Source of the DNA: Camelus dromedarius
Lineage: Eukaryota
DNA: 64,000 bases
Direction: 5' to 3'
NCBI RefSeq assembly: GCF_036321535.1
Contig: NC_087436.1
Span: forward strand, 101,496,001 to 101,560,000
Part shown: positions 25,721 through 39,564 of the stretch, in pieces
How the letters are laid out: each line of letters begins with the position of its first letter
Numbering within the stretch: the stretch's first letter is position 1
Program-made: the position numbers and the translations under genes
Notes under the pieces: model-generated
Databases searched by the model: none
The model's input: only the letters and a program-made list of their open reading frames with translations
Told to the model about the DNA's origin: nothing

Positions 25721-28700
25721 AACTTAGTTTATCAGTGAGATAAATCTTTAGCCACTGGTTAAGGTCTTAGAAGAGATTCCAGAAGAGGGAACTCCCACTA
25801 TAGGAGAGTGAGAGAGTGCATTAGGGGAGTGAACAAGTTGGTTAGAAAGATGTCCCTAAAAGAAGATGCAGAAAATGAACATAACCAGCTGGAGGATGAA
25901 AAAGCCGTAAAAAATCCAACATTGCTGGCTGGTAATTTTTTCCCTCGAAATAAATCCTTGCATTTATCCATAGATTTTCCAGAGTGTCTTTACTAAAAAC
26001 TATCTCAACAGCTATATTTGCTGAGCTAGCCATATGCCACCAACTGATGATCTAGACTCTGGAATTTTTTTGTGTGTATATGACTATTTTCAATGTTGAA
26101 AATGTTTTTTCACACATTCACCATGAAGTGAGATTCATAATGTTCAAAATACCTTCTAGGCAATAAGTCTGCATCTGCTAACGTGTCCCAGTATTTCCTT
26201 TACTTATCAAAACTCTGTTAACCTTCTTAACAGAGTAATGTGAAAAAAAACAGTTATCAAGTAAGCATTCTTCAACGTATAAACTGTATGACTTAAAATT
26301 AAAATGATTTATATTGAATACTTATCTAATTATATAAAAGTCCTCAGTTAATGCCTGGTACATTATGGATAATTTTTAAAAGGCAGATATGATTATTATT
26401 GTTAATGTTATAGTTATCAACAGAGGAAGAACTTACCCATGGTGAATTTAGTCTTAAAACTGGAGCTGAGATATATGCATAAAAAGCTGTAGAACTCAGT
26501 GTTTGGATTATCTACACTGACCCACACAGTCATCTTATCTATCTGTGGATCTGTTTTCTGACATCTCTTGGTAATAAGTAGGTGTATGTTGTAAATTGTT
26601 CTTTCTTCTAATATTCAAGTTGTTGGTTTCTTCTGGCTTTTCAGTTTATTTTAGGGTTAGCTATAAACTATCAACCATGCCAAATCTTAATTTTTTGACC
26701 CTGCAGGTAGTTATAGTTGTGTTATCATTGTAAAAAGCATAATCCCCATTCTCTATTTCCATATTTATGGTAGTTATGTATCAAAATGAGTGTCAGATTT
26801 TTTTTGGTGCTCCAACGTTTTTGCATTATGTTTTATGAGATTTTTTTCCTCAAGTGAAATAATTAAATGTATGTTATTTGGCCGGGAGAAGTGACAAGTG
26901 ACAATGATTTTGCTCTGAACTGAGTTTCTGCATATTAACATCAATTATATTTTGTTGTGAAAAAAGATAGAATGTATGTACTTTTTGATTATTATATAAA
27001 ATTTGGTAACATTTTACTTTGACTTTAAAAAAAATAAAACCAAAATTTATATTAAATGTGCTTTTGGAAACTGGAAGTACCAGATATTATGGTATTAGGA
27101 GGAATAAAAAGGCTCTTAAAAGTTTCAATTATTCATATATGTGTATATTACATGTTTCCAACTAGATTTAGTTTACAAAAATATAATAAATATCTAAATT
27201 TTGTTTACATGTGAAACTCAATTACTCTAGCTGTAGAAATGAAAGGTTAAATATAAATTAAAGAGTTAGAAAATATATTATTCTATATTTCAATGAATGT
27301 GGTATACCACAGCATGCATTTTGGAGCTCTCAGGGCTGTGGGTTTGTAATGGTTCATGGCACTGCCAATAATGAGTCTGCAGGGAGCTTTCTTATAAATG
27401 TCCCAGTTCTTTCATTTGCTCTCTTCCTGGTGCATGCTGGGATGCCTAACTGTGCGAAATCAAGCCATGGATTATATCCATTTACTGCCACTTTATCCCA
27501 GGGGAAATGAACTTGAAAACAAATAGGCTGTGCTCTTGTAATAAATTCACAGCAAAATGCGTTTGTTTTCTAGTGAAAACATGACAAATCAAATTTATTT
27601 AGAATTTGAAATATTCACTTTTTTCTGAGACATTGTAACTCTTTAATGGCTGGGATTGTGCACATACTAAAAACAGACATAATGTATATATATTATTATT
27701 AACTGCAGTGTGTTCTATCATAGGGAATTTATATTTTTCTTTGTGTATACTCATATTTATAAATAAGGCTCAATCTTCTTGGAAATCTTTTATATTAGAC
27801 AGTAATGGTTGAAGTATAGTGAGTTGATACAATTATAAGAAAGTTTAACTCCACATGAGCTTATCAACACAGGCAATATCTGAAAACTTGCTCCTGTACA
27901 ATTTTATAATCTGACTAAATCGTCACTGCTTTGGGAGTTTAATGTGATGTTTATTTTCTTACGGTGAATATTGCTGCTATAGTTTGTATATAACTGAAGA
28001 TGACAATATCAATATACAGTCTTTTAATTGCATTAGGAAACTGGAATAGTCAGAAGTACTGGTCAATTTAAGTACTGTATTAAAATATTACACTTGCTGT
28101 ATTTTTTATTGTTTACTCATACAGAACTTGGGAGATTAACTTTGTTCAGAGAGAACAAACTGAAACACAATAATCAGTTTTCAAAGCTTTTTGTTAAAAA
28201 AATACAGTGTATACCTGATGCTGAGTTTAATTTTTCTCATCAAGAAGTGACCGTATCACTTAATATGGATTTAATTAAGCAACAGTAGACTGTTCAGCTT
28301 TCCAAATCAAATCCTCTGTAAGTATGATCTGACTTATTCTCAAGGAACTTTCTATGGTTGTTTCTTAGGAAAATACATCTTAAAGTGCTTGTATACAAGT
28401 GAAATTTTCTTGTGACAAGAATCACAGTCTTTGAATTGCAGAGTAATCTGAGGTGTGAAAGTTCTGGGTCAATTCTGTAAAAAGTCTCATAGTTCCTGGA
28501 TGCCTGGAAAAACCCTTCACGTCACAAAATTTGCAATCATTTAAAAATTGTACTGTGATACCTACCACTTATAGAAAAATCTTTAGGAATAAGTGAGCAA
28601 CACATTAACCTGAACTAATTGTCCCCGAATGAGAGTATTAGAAATATTAATACACTGTGAGATGATAAAGGGTATTTGTTTCATCTCAAGTTAACTGTCA

Positions 28701-31700
28701 GTCATTAGTTTCCAGGTGCTGGGGAACGTGACAGGTGTTGCCTTGCAATTGAGGCCAACGCTCCAAAGCTAAACAACATAGCTCATTAGTACCTGCTGTG
28801 TCCTAAAAGGAATTGCCATCGGCCTTGCAAAGAGAGGGCAAAAAGGTCCACATTAGCATCTTCCCCCGTGCCCCACCTCCATTTCCTCCATGCCTGTTTA
28901 AGCAGAGCAGAGAAAGTCAAGGAGAAACTTCAGTGTACAGAGTCTTTAGACTGAGGTGTGCATGTTTTCTCTGGTGCTCCTTACCCACACTGCGGGATGG
29001 TCTGTAATAATCTCTTGCAGAAAGTGGAGGTGCCTATACTAAGGAGACTCAGTGTCGCGTGACCTGGAGGGCCATCTGCTGAGGAAGAACACCTGTTGAT
29101 CAGCCCCTGAACTTCCTTTGTGCAGAGCACGGGAAGAGAACGTGAGGGAGTTGGTGGTCTGAAATAGGGTGAGGAGATCAGCAGAACTTCATGTCACATA
29201 TTCTAATTGTTAAACAATTCAAATCACAATAAATACCCTAATGTTTCAGCCCCTTAACCGTCATCTTGATACCTTTAAATATTCTCCATGATTTTCTCCC
29301 CTTGTTCTTCTGAGTAATTACTAACTCTCCTTCTTTTCAAAAACATATTTTCAGGTATTTTTATTTTCCTTTTGAAGAATTTTGTTTATCTGAAAATACA
29401 CGGCCCTCTCTAGTCATCAGCATACTGAATGTATTGTTTTAGAAAGAGAAATGAAGTTAGGTGTGGGGATGTTTACAAGTGAGCCTGCAACGTCAACGTG
29501 TGAAAAACTTAGTTTTGACAGAACCTGAGTTCTGGTTAGTGATCAGTCTCCTCACTCTGCATAAAGATCTTCATTAAAAGACTGAGCCTTCTTCAAAATG
29601 TTGAATCTGTGTTAATGTGTAGGGCTAAAGTGTTAGATGTTAGTACTCAGAGTCTGCAATTTCATTTCAAGGCTAATTTAACAGACACCTAAATTTCATA
29701 CTCAAAACCCACATCATTCCATGGACTTCCAGTTGATCTGAGACCAAACAGTAAATACAGAATCCTAAAAATTATCACACATTCTCTGTATTTAGATTAA
29801 CATTAACTCTGAAATCTCCCTCAGATACAATTTAAATTAATGAAATCAATGCAGACTCTTACATGTAATCTTTCTCAGATAAAATTATAAAATAGTATTG
29901 TTAACATATACTTTTACATATTTACCAGTAAACTGTCACATTTTTGTATGAAGCATGTATGTGCAAATTTCTGGAAATTAGTTCAGTGAATACTGATAAC
30001 TCAGAAATAGTATTCAATATTTTGTTTCCTGTTACAAATGGATATTAGCCTAATCTCAATCAGTACCAATGGTGCCTTGAAAGCAGAATAATTTTTAGAC
30101 ACTTTGTGTTTTGAGATGGAGTTTGTGCTATAAGTTACTTGTATAGGCCATGAAATGAATGAAGTCTCATGGTCATAGAGTTTGCTGACCAGAAACATTT
30201 ATCATTTATGATGACTGAATACTAACATATTGTGCCAAGCATTTTTCTGTTACTACCAGCCGTACTAGTTCTCAATTCTAAGCAATTTGAGGCAATATCC
30301 ATATTTATACAACACACTGGGAATTTCATCACCAAATGCATACTAGATATCTTATTTCATTTTTTTCCTTCTTTTTATATCAAGAAATCAAAATGTTTAC
30401 AAAAGAAATTGCAATACAGATTTTCCTAAAAACATTTATTTGAATGAACTCATCCTAACTTCCTCAGGTATTATATTCAAATATTTCACAAAAAAAATTA
30501 GAAAAAAAACACTCTATGGTCATTTGGAATGTATCAAATATTTTTATGTGAAAGCTTCTCAAGTTGTATCCTATACTCTGCAGTACTCTAGGTGTTAGAG
30601 AAAACACACACACACCTGCTTTTGTGAATAAACAAATTACTACAAAGATAGATAAACCATTTTGGGGAGCTTTATAACTAACTTTGTTATACTAAAGTGA
30701 ACAAATTCCTCACTAAAGGTAAGAGTTTAACTTTAATTAACTTGAAATTAAATTTTAAAAATAGGAGCCTTTTACTTGTGCATTAGCCATATTAAAAAAA
30801 GTGGAGTTGTGAAACATTTTCATTTAGTTTTTGGGTACCATCGAGTGATCCAGACATAATATCAGGTTTACTCATGGGTATTGCTTCTGGAAATATTTAT
30901 TCTTCTAAGATTATTTAAGAGAGACAAAATTCAGCTGTACGTTTTTTAGTTGAGTTATTTAAAATTACTATTTTGGATATGGTTCCTGTTGAAATTGTAT
31001 TTACTGAAAATAACATGCGTCTGTAATTTAGTTTTATGGTACCTTCTAAAATGCCTGCTATAGTATGACAGCACCACCTGTTCTACACTTATGAAGTCTG
31101 TCACATTTCAGGGCTTATAGCTTTTGTATAGGTTTGTAACTCAAAAGAAAAAATTTCATAATGGCAAAACCTTGACTTATGATGTCCCTGCCTGGAGGCA
31201 AATCATTTTCATACATTTTTGTGTAAAAGAGATACATACTTTGAAATTTAAAAAAAACGAGTTACCACTTTAAAGCAATATAGGTCATTCTTTCTCCTTT
31301 CATCTCTACAAAATTTCATATGAGAAACAGACCCCAAAGAAATATGTTGAAGAACATATTAAGCATGAGTTAGGGCAGGAAAATATGCATTAGGTTCCAT
31401 AAAATAATATTTGACATTGTTTTCTTATTGTTTTTAGGCTACGTTTTGGTTTTTTCTAAAACATAGTTACAAAGCACAGGATTTCTTCATATAAATGAGC
31501 ATTAAATACCTCTGAAAATAGCTTATATATTTTCCACCTATTTTAAAATAATTTATTTGAATTCAAAGAACTACCATTGAAAAAGAAAGTTGGTAATGAA
31601 AGCAGTAGTTAGATGGAAACTATTTGGCTTTCTTCAAATGTGTATATACATGTATTGTTGTTCTGAATGAAATTTAGCATAGTGACGTGGGCCATGAAAA

Positions 31701-32201
31701 AAAGAAGTACAAGGTATATGTTCTCATAGAGTTTAAAATGTTTGCTTTCATGAATTGAAATAAGCACACATTTTTATCCAAACAAGTTAGTTTTAAGAAA
31801 TGGTCTATTACTTTTCTGTGTCATTTCATTCATACCATTTTTTCTCATATTTATGTCTATTCAGTTTATCATTATTTACATCATATTCCTTTTTGAATTT
31901 CCTGAGTTGTAAAATAATCTATTAAATAAGGAAATCTTACTATCTGTCAACTATGAATACTGTTACAGATAAATATATTTTCTCTAAGTTTAAAGACACG
32001 CAAATGACATCTATTTCTAGAAGTCCTGTTTTACGAACACGGAGTAAAACTTCATTTGATCTCATATCTTGTGTTTTCTGTTACATGATTTCAGATTCTT
32101 TCATACTTGAATATTGATTATATAGAGGAGTGTTAGGGAAGAAACTGTAAAGAAACTAAAATTTTCTGTCCATAAAAATGAAATTGACCACATTTTCTAT
32201 A

Positions 32202-33108
32202 CAGTTGATCCTCTTTTTCCATGGTAGTTATGTTTATTAAGTATCAGCGAGTGCTGACTTAGTGAATCCAGAGCCACTGTTCCTAGCGGAGACACAGGGT
32301 TAGGTTCTTGAGAGCCTCTCATCAGATGTTCATCAACCAATCAAACATAAGCTTGCTTGTGTGTGCTTTAGTTACACATGCCCAACCTAATACACATCTC
32401 AAAGAAATGATTAATTATGTGCTGTGTTTCTTTGTGAGGAAACATTAGCTGAAAAGAGTTTAACAGTTTAACAGATCCTGGATAACATGGTCACAAATAT
32501 ATTTGGCTTTTCACCTCACACAGGGCTGTCTGCTACGCTTATTTAATCAGTTATTATCTCATGAATCCACAAATTTAGCCACGTGTCCATCTTTTCCATA
32601 GCTTCATCAGAAACTATACATGTTAATTTAACACTTTTCAAAGCAGTCTTATTTAAAGTCCTCTTCCTTTCTCCAGATACACCATATTGTTGATTCATTA
32701 ACATTGAACTCAAATAGCACAATTCATGCCTGAATGCATCTTATCACTTGTATTTTCTCCAGAAGTCACATCACAGCCTTCTTGGGCTTAGAAACAATAA
32801 ACAGCACTTCAGCATTATCCTTGGGGGCCATTTTAAACAACAAATTTGCTGACAAAAAGCACCAGAATGCAAAAAATGTGACATTAACCAGATGCTGAAA
32901 AAAATACTCATTTACAAGATGAGACCTGAAACAAGAAGGCAGAGCTTAGCCTTGTTTGACCTCAGCTATGGACATGGGTGGCTCTAATTTTTCGTCCCTT
33001 TGTGAATATCTGTGAAAGTCCTTGAGAATTGATCTTGGGGCTACAAATAAATTTTCTCCAGAAGGCAAATCCACAATTATATAATCTGCAGATAATGAGA
33101 ATCAACTA
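32202..33108 (-). mobile_element. TcMar-Tigger non-autonomous element (MER82/Tigger6-like) with decayed transposase N-terminus
   Basis: TIRs cagttgatcctc... and ...gagaatcaacta, TA at 32200-32201; minus strand from ATG at 32831 reads MAPKDNAEVLFIVSKPKKAVM*LLEKIQV, then FEFNVNESTIWCIWRKEED and DEAMEKMDTWLNLWIHE (CENP-B-type HTH). Strand given for the transposase remnant. Confidence 0.85.
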
Positions 33109-34240
33109 TTTTTAAGATAGTTTTTGAAATAGACCCAACAGAAATCAGGGACCAACATTACCTCCTAGAAAACATTGAAGGTGCCTCTGGTTTACAGTTT
33201 CTGGAACTCAAATTTCCTTAGCATGGCCTAGAGTTCATTTACACAGTAGAGGATGGAAACATAAAAGCAGGAAGGTACAAGGATCACATAAGATATTACT
33301 TATTTTTGGCTTATATAAAGAGTAGAAAACCAAGACAAATATAGAAAAGAGAACAAGACAGCTAGATGGCCTTAACAGAGATGAATGCATATAGAAATTA
33401 GAACAAAAGATGATTTTAACTCACACTATTGAACAGTAAACAGAATTATGTGGCTAAGGACTTCTTACTCATTATGGGCACCACAGGCTAAGTTTTATTT
33501 TATCATGTCTATGCCTAACTCTAAATCTTCAGTTTACAGCAGCAGGTGTATTAACAGCTGGGACTGAGCATGGAGCAGGCTAGGTATCAAAGTCCAGCCT
33601 CTAATGAGACTATTATTTTTCTTGTAAATTTTAAAAAAGAGTATGCCAGTTCTTCAACAAGATGAGTAATTGTCATATTGTGTCTTTAGTTATAAAAGTC
33701 ATTGAGTGTTAAGTTATTTTTTAAAATTCTAATTCCCTGTTTTGTTAGTTATAACCAGAAGGTAGTTGGTCATTTAATGCGCAGTGACTAAAACATTCAT
33801 AAAAAAGAGGATTTTAAAGACTGCAACTTTAAAATAATTTCTAAAAGTCCAAAAATGTCTTCTAAGGGCAACCTATTTTACAGTTTTTTGAATGTGCTTC
33901 AAGTTTTTTCCCTACAATGATAATGTATTTTAATAAGAAAGACTTATGAATATTGTATCACATAAACTCCATGGAAAAATCATTCCTATACATACTGGAG
34001 AAAAATCCTTTAGTGTGTCCATGGAAAGTTGTTACAGTGAAGCCAGTACTGCCATCATTTGTGGCCACCTCCGTCTGTTTGGAATGCTGTCACTCCCACT
34101 CCTCACCTGGCTAATGCTTCTGGTATACTTTGGTGTAGGGTTTTTTAGAGGTAGTACTCTGGAAATTTAATCTAACAAAACAAAACTAAACTGAAATCTG
34201 TGTTGCCCTCTCTAGTTTTCCCTTAAAATAATGAGGTTTT

Positions 34241-34309
34241 TTTTTGTTGTGTGTATTTATTTTTTTATTAAAATATAATCAGTTTACAATGTTGTGCCAA
34301 TTTCTGGTG
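34241..34309 (-). mobile_element. Very short young L1 3' tail
   Basis: tttttattaaaatataatcagtttacaatgttgtgccaatttctggtg; approximate TSD atgaggttttt / atgagttattt. Confidence 0.7.
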
Positions 34310-34401
34310 ATGAGTTATTTTTCTAATCACTAACCTCTGAAAGTTTACATGCTGTTGATTCTATCTATGAACCACTGAATACATTCTACTCATTAAGTTT
34401 T

Positions 34402-34843
34402 TGTTTTTGTTTTTGTTTTGGTACATATGTGTGTGTGTGTGCATATATGTGTATATATATATTTAGTGAAGTATAGTCAGTTTACAACGTATCGATTTCT
34501 GGTGTACAGCACAATACTTCAGTCATACATGAACACACGTATATTTGTTTACATATTCTTTTTTACCATAAGTTACTATATGATATTGAATATAGTTTCC
34601 TGTGCTATACAGTATGAACTTGTTGTTTATCTATTTTATATATATTAATTAGTATCTGCAAATCTCCAACTCACAATTTATCCCTTCCCACCCCTTTTAC
34701 CCCTGGTAACCATAAGTTTGTTTTCTATGTCTGTGAGCCTTCTTTTTATAAATAAGTCTGTCTTTTTTTTTTATAAGATTCCATATATTAGTGATATTAT
34801 ATGGCATTTTTCTTTCTCTTTCTGGGTTACTTCACTTAGAATG
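34402..34843 (-). mobile_element. Young 5'-truncated L1
   Basis: Microsatellite-degraded tail then gaagtatagtcagtttacaa ... ttacttcacttagaatg; TSD aagtttt at 34395-34401 and 34844-34850. Confidence 0.85.
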
Positions 34844-34929
34844 AAGTTTTATTTCACTTTTGCTTTGAAGACAGCCCAACTACATAGCCATATTTACTTG
34901 ACCTCTATTCTGTAATTCCCATGCCAGAC

Positions 34930-35090
34930 TTTACCTTTTGATTCTAGAACATGCCATTTTGTTTTGTATTTATTTGATTACATGTTTTCTTCCCTCTCTA
35001 AAATCTGTACTGTGGAGCATGAATTATATCTAATTCTTTTTTTCACCCTATTTGGAATGTCTAGAATGACATGCAATACATAGTATTAAA
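34930..35090 (+). mobile_element. L2 3' end
   Basis: tatttatttgattacatgttttcttccctctctaaaatctgtactgtggagcatgaatt...tgtctagaatgacatgcaatacatagt. Confidence 0.45.
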
Positions 35091-37249
35091 AGTCAGGATG
35101 ACAAGCAATCCATAAAAATTAAAAACCTGCCCTCAATTTTTAATAAAATCTAAATTAAGGTGTAGGCAATGATAAGGTGGTTTTTAAATAGAGTACTCAC
35201 TATCTTTTCTGCTTTTTCCCTTCACTTTTCTAGTAACAATGTTTATTTTGTCTGTTGCCTCCTGGCACTTCTAGCTCTAAATACAGGCCGTAATGCAAAT
35301 AGCTGGGTTGTTTTTACTTGATTGTTCAATGACTAGAAGGACTCAATCAAGTAGAGAGTGGGATAATTATGCAATCCATCTGGGTAATAAAAGGGAGTGT
35401 AGAGAGTCACCACACAATGGTTCTTTCTTCAAGTCATGCAAAATAGCTTTGAAACAAATCTGGAATTTGCTAATTATGGTTAAATCTTGTTTTCAATTTA
35501 AGCTGTATGACTTAGCAGCCAGAGTTCATTTTCAACCCTAGAGCTAAAGAAGTTTCATTGTTATATATTTTAAAGAGAATTTTACAGGCTTAAAGTTAAA
35601 ATTGTGATTGATGCAGTGTTGGCAAGTTTTCACATCTAATTCTTCCAGGAGTTAACTCCATTATAATAATTCTCATTAGAATAGTTATGAAAACTGAAAT
35701 AGATTCTCCACAGTTCACAAGGTAGTGCATTTGCAATCCCTGTCAAAATATTATTTTTAAATATTGTTGTGAATAATTAATTTAACTTTAACAAGTAATG
35801 TTCATGAAATATGCATTTATAAATAGCAGACCTGTTCAGATTACTTCCAACACAGCAATTCATAATGTAATTGAGTAAAGGTAAAATGATAATACCTAAT
35901 CTCATTTTCTTGCCAGTGTCCCAAAGTCCTTTGTCTATTTTGTTTTATAGTCAGAACATGAAGTAAAATAAGAAGAAAAATTTCTTCTTGCCATTAAAGA
36001 GAAAAAATGATGGAGGAAGAGAGTAAGGAATTTCAAAGAATTATGTTTATAGAACTCAGACTGTTTATACAATGAGGAGCATTTCAGTACAGTAGTTTAC
36101 AGACAATCATGTGAATATCCTTTAGGCATATAGGAGGTTGTCTATAACTAGACCATTAAATCCTAACTCATCCTCCGTAGCCCCTCAGTGTAGTTTGTGT
36201 CTTTATTCTGTTTCCTGATAGGTTTCTCACACACTTCCATTTGTGGTTGAAACACATCTTTCCAGGACCCAGGGCCCTTCCTGAAATCTCATCTATGCAA
36301 GTGACCTGCTGCTTAAGTCATACATTCTGTTTGCTACTGGACCTTGCCTGTTGAACTGGATTAGGCCTGCTCTTCAGATTGCTCATGGTCAGTCTGGGGA
36401 ACATACAAATAATTATATTCTTTACTTGAAAACTAGTGAAAACTAATTTTTAAAAAAGTACAAAGGGACTGTGAAGGGACATATATTACAACTGGTGCCT
36501 CACCAATGTTGGTAAATAATTATTCAAAAAAAAGGATACTTGAAAAATGAATAAGGATTTGCCAAAAGAACGAAAGCAGAAAGATGATCACCACTTTTTT
36601 AAAAGAGTGAAGTGAAAGGTACCAACACTATGGAGAGACTGTGGAGCCAGTTATTGCTCTGGGGCCTGCACACTCCCACGTCTCCAGAGTTACTGATCTG
36701 AGAAAGAGCATTTGACTAACACCAAGCACAGAGTGAGAGCAATCCTCACACTCTAGGAAGACTGGGTCAGATCAGATACCTCCATTATATATTATATCAA
36801 TATATATTCAAGTATATAATGAGCTACCTAAGGCATATTAAAAAAGTATACTGCAGCACTAAGAAAAAGCAAAGCAATTCTAAGCACCTAAACAACACCT
36901 ATAACAACAAAATAGATATTACATAAAATAGGGGGAAAAAAGTATATTGCTTAGTGTCTGAAATAGATGTGAGGGCAAATGGCGTCTTTAAAACAGGAGG
37001 AAGCCTTGAAAAAAAAAAAGGATGAGAAAAAACTCAAAAGAGTAATATTAAAATGGATTAGGTTAAGCATAGATTTAAAAATAACTAATGGAAACAGCAA
37101 TAATCCTGCAGAATATTTAATAAGGACTTGGCATATAAACATAAAAAGATTATCCAGCATTAAGAAGAAAAGGGCAAGCAAATAGAAATAACGGAGAAGC
37201 ATGCTAGGTTATTCATAAAAATAATTAAGATGAAGTAATTATGCAAAAT

Positions 37250-37832
37250 GCATGGTTAACTAAATTCAAGATAAAAATTAAAAGCAATAACAAAATACTA
37301 ATTTATGAAATATTAATAAAATAGCATTATTGAAATAAAGATTAAATATTAAAAAGTCCTAATTGTTAAAAAGTTAAAATAGGCAAACTTCAGGCAATTC
37401 TTATTACTAAAATAAATAAATACATACGTATATGCATAAATAGATAAACACCTGAAGTGGTGAAAAGACTGAAACTAAAACAAATCAATAAAAAAACCTG
37501 AAATCAGATCAAAGGAATGTAATATCAGAAGAGGTTTTTTAAAAGAAAAATCAATGATTAATTTAATAAGAAACCAATTTGAACACCTTGTTTTTTTCCT
37601 TACAAATTATAAATAATTGAATAAAATTAAATAATAACCATGGAAAATGCAAATTTATCATCATTTCCTTTACAAATCCTTAGAGTCAGATAATTTTAAT
37701 AATTATCTTGTCTAAATCTTTAAAGAAAATATATCCTCTAAAATATAAACTATTCCAGTTTATTGAAAAAAGAGGTAATACTATGGAGTTTATTTTACAA
37801 AGCAAGTAAAACTTTGATACCAAGACAAGATA
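37250..37832 (+). mobile_element. Old L1 ORF2 fragment
   Basis: A-rich; tataaactattccagtttattgaaaaaagagg...ttttacaaagcaagtaaaactttgataccaagacaaga resembles the region just before the RT core. Confidence 0.55.
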
Positions 37833-37834
37833 TG

Positions 37835-39229
37835 AGAAGAAGATGCCATCTAGGACTTTCATAACTAGAGAGGAGAAGTCGATGTCTGGCTTCAAAGCTT
37901 CAAAGGACAGACAACTCTCTTGTTATGGGCTAATGCAGCTGGTGACTTTAAGTTGAAGCCAGTGCTCATTTACCATTGTGAAAATCCTAGGGCCCTTCAG
38001 AATTATGCTAAATACTCTGCCTATGTTCTGTAAATGGAACAACAAAGCCCTGATGACAGCACATCAGTTTACAACATGATTTACTGAATATTTTAAGCTC
38101 ACTTTTGAGAGTTACTGCTCAGAAACAAAGATCCCTGTCAAAATGTGACTGCTCATTGACAATGCACCTGGTGACCCAAGAGTTCTGATGGAGATGTACA
38201 ATGAGATTAGTGTTTTCATGCCTGCTCACACAGCATCCATTCTGCAGCCCATGGGTCCAGGAATCATTTCAACTTTCAAGTCTTGTTCAAGAAATACATT
38301 TCGTAAGGCTGTACCTACCATAGATAATGGTTCCTCTCATGGATTTATCTGGGCAAAATCAATTGCAACCTTCTGGAAAGGATCCACTGTTCTTATGTGA
38401 TCCATGGGAAGACGTCAAAGTATCAACATTAACAGGAGTTTGGAAGAAGCTGATTCCAACCCTCATGAATGACTTTGAGGAATTCAAGACTTCAGTGGAG
38501 GAAGTGAGTGCAGATGTGGTAGAAATAGCAAGAGAACCAAAATTAGAAGTGAAATCTGAAAATGTAACTGATTTCTGTAGTCTCATTATAGAACTTTAAT
38601 GGCTGAAGAGTTGCTTCTTATGGACAAGCAAAGAAAGTGGTTTCTTGAGATGAAATCTACTGCTGATGAAGATGCTGTGAAGATTGTTGAAATGGCAACA
38701 AGGGATGTAGAATATTATAAAAATTTAGTTGATAAAGCAGTGGCAGGATCTGAGAGAACTGACTCCAATTTTGAGAAAAGTTCTACTCTGGGTAAAATGC
38801 TATCAAACAGCATTACATGATACAGAGAAACCATTAGTCAGAGGAAGAGTCAACCACTGCAGCAAAATTCATTGCTGTCTTATTTTAAGAAACTGCCCCA
38901 GGCGCTCCAGCCTTTGGCAGCCACCATCTTATCAGTCAGTAGCTATCCACATTGAGGCAAGACCCTCCACTAGCAGAAAGATTACCAGTCACTGAGTTGC
39001 TCAGGTGATGGTAAGCATTTTTTGGCAATAATGTATTTTTTAAATTAAGGTACATACATTGTGTTTTAACAGATAATGCTATTATCACACATTTAATAGA
39101 CTACAGAACAGTAACCATCACTTTTATATACACTGGGAAACCATAAAATGTGTGTGACTCCCTTTATTTTGATATTCACTTTATTGAAGTGGTCCTGAAC
39201 CGAACCTGCAATACCTCTGAGTCTGCCTG
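37835..39229 (+). mobile_element. Tigger1 DNA transposon, 3' portion with decayed DDE transposase
   Basis: Translates [25 protein letters not shown] and LLIDNAPGDPRVLMEM; ORF-track pieces 38188-38820 are frameshifted transposase; right TIR-like end gcaatacctctgagtctgcctg; no left TIR. Confidence 0.95.
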
Positions 39230-39564
39230 TGTTCTCTTCCTTTATTCTCTTCCATATCTCTTCCGTATCACAAACAAGTGGCCTGCAGTGTTTGGAAAAT
39301 AACGTTCAGATTCCAGGACTGTGTGTTTTTTTTATTTTAACCAACCCATAGGAGTCATAGTGCAAAAATCACATAATACATGCTGGTAAAAATAGCACCT
39401 ACTTGTTATAATTATGAGGTTTTAAAAGATAAGAAGATGACTAAGAAAAATCTAATAAGTATTTATTTTCTACTATATTTACTGTGGTAGTGGTTGTTTG
39501 TTATGTTGCCATTACCAATGACTATTTTAACATGCCTATTAATTAACCAAGATGATGTCATGCA

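Noticed and set aside
38188..38995. Overlapping ORFs resembling a TIGD1-like gene
   Set aside because: Frameshifted, stop-interrupted pieces of a 5'-truncated Tigger1; no continuous ORF.
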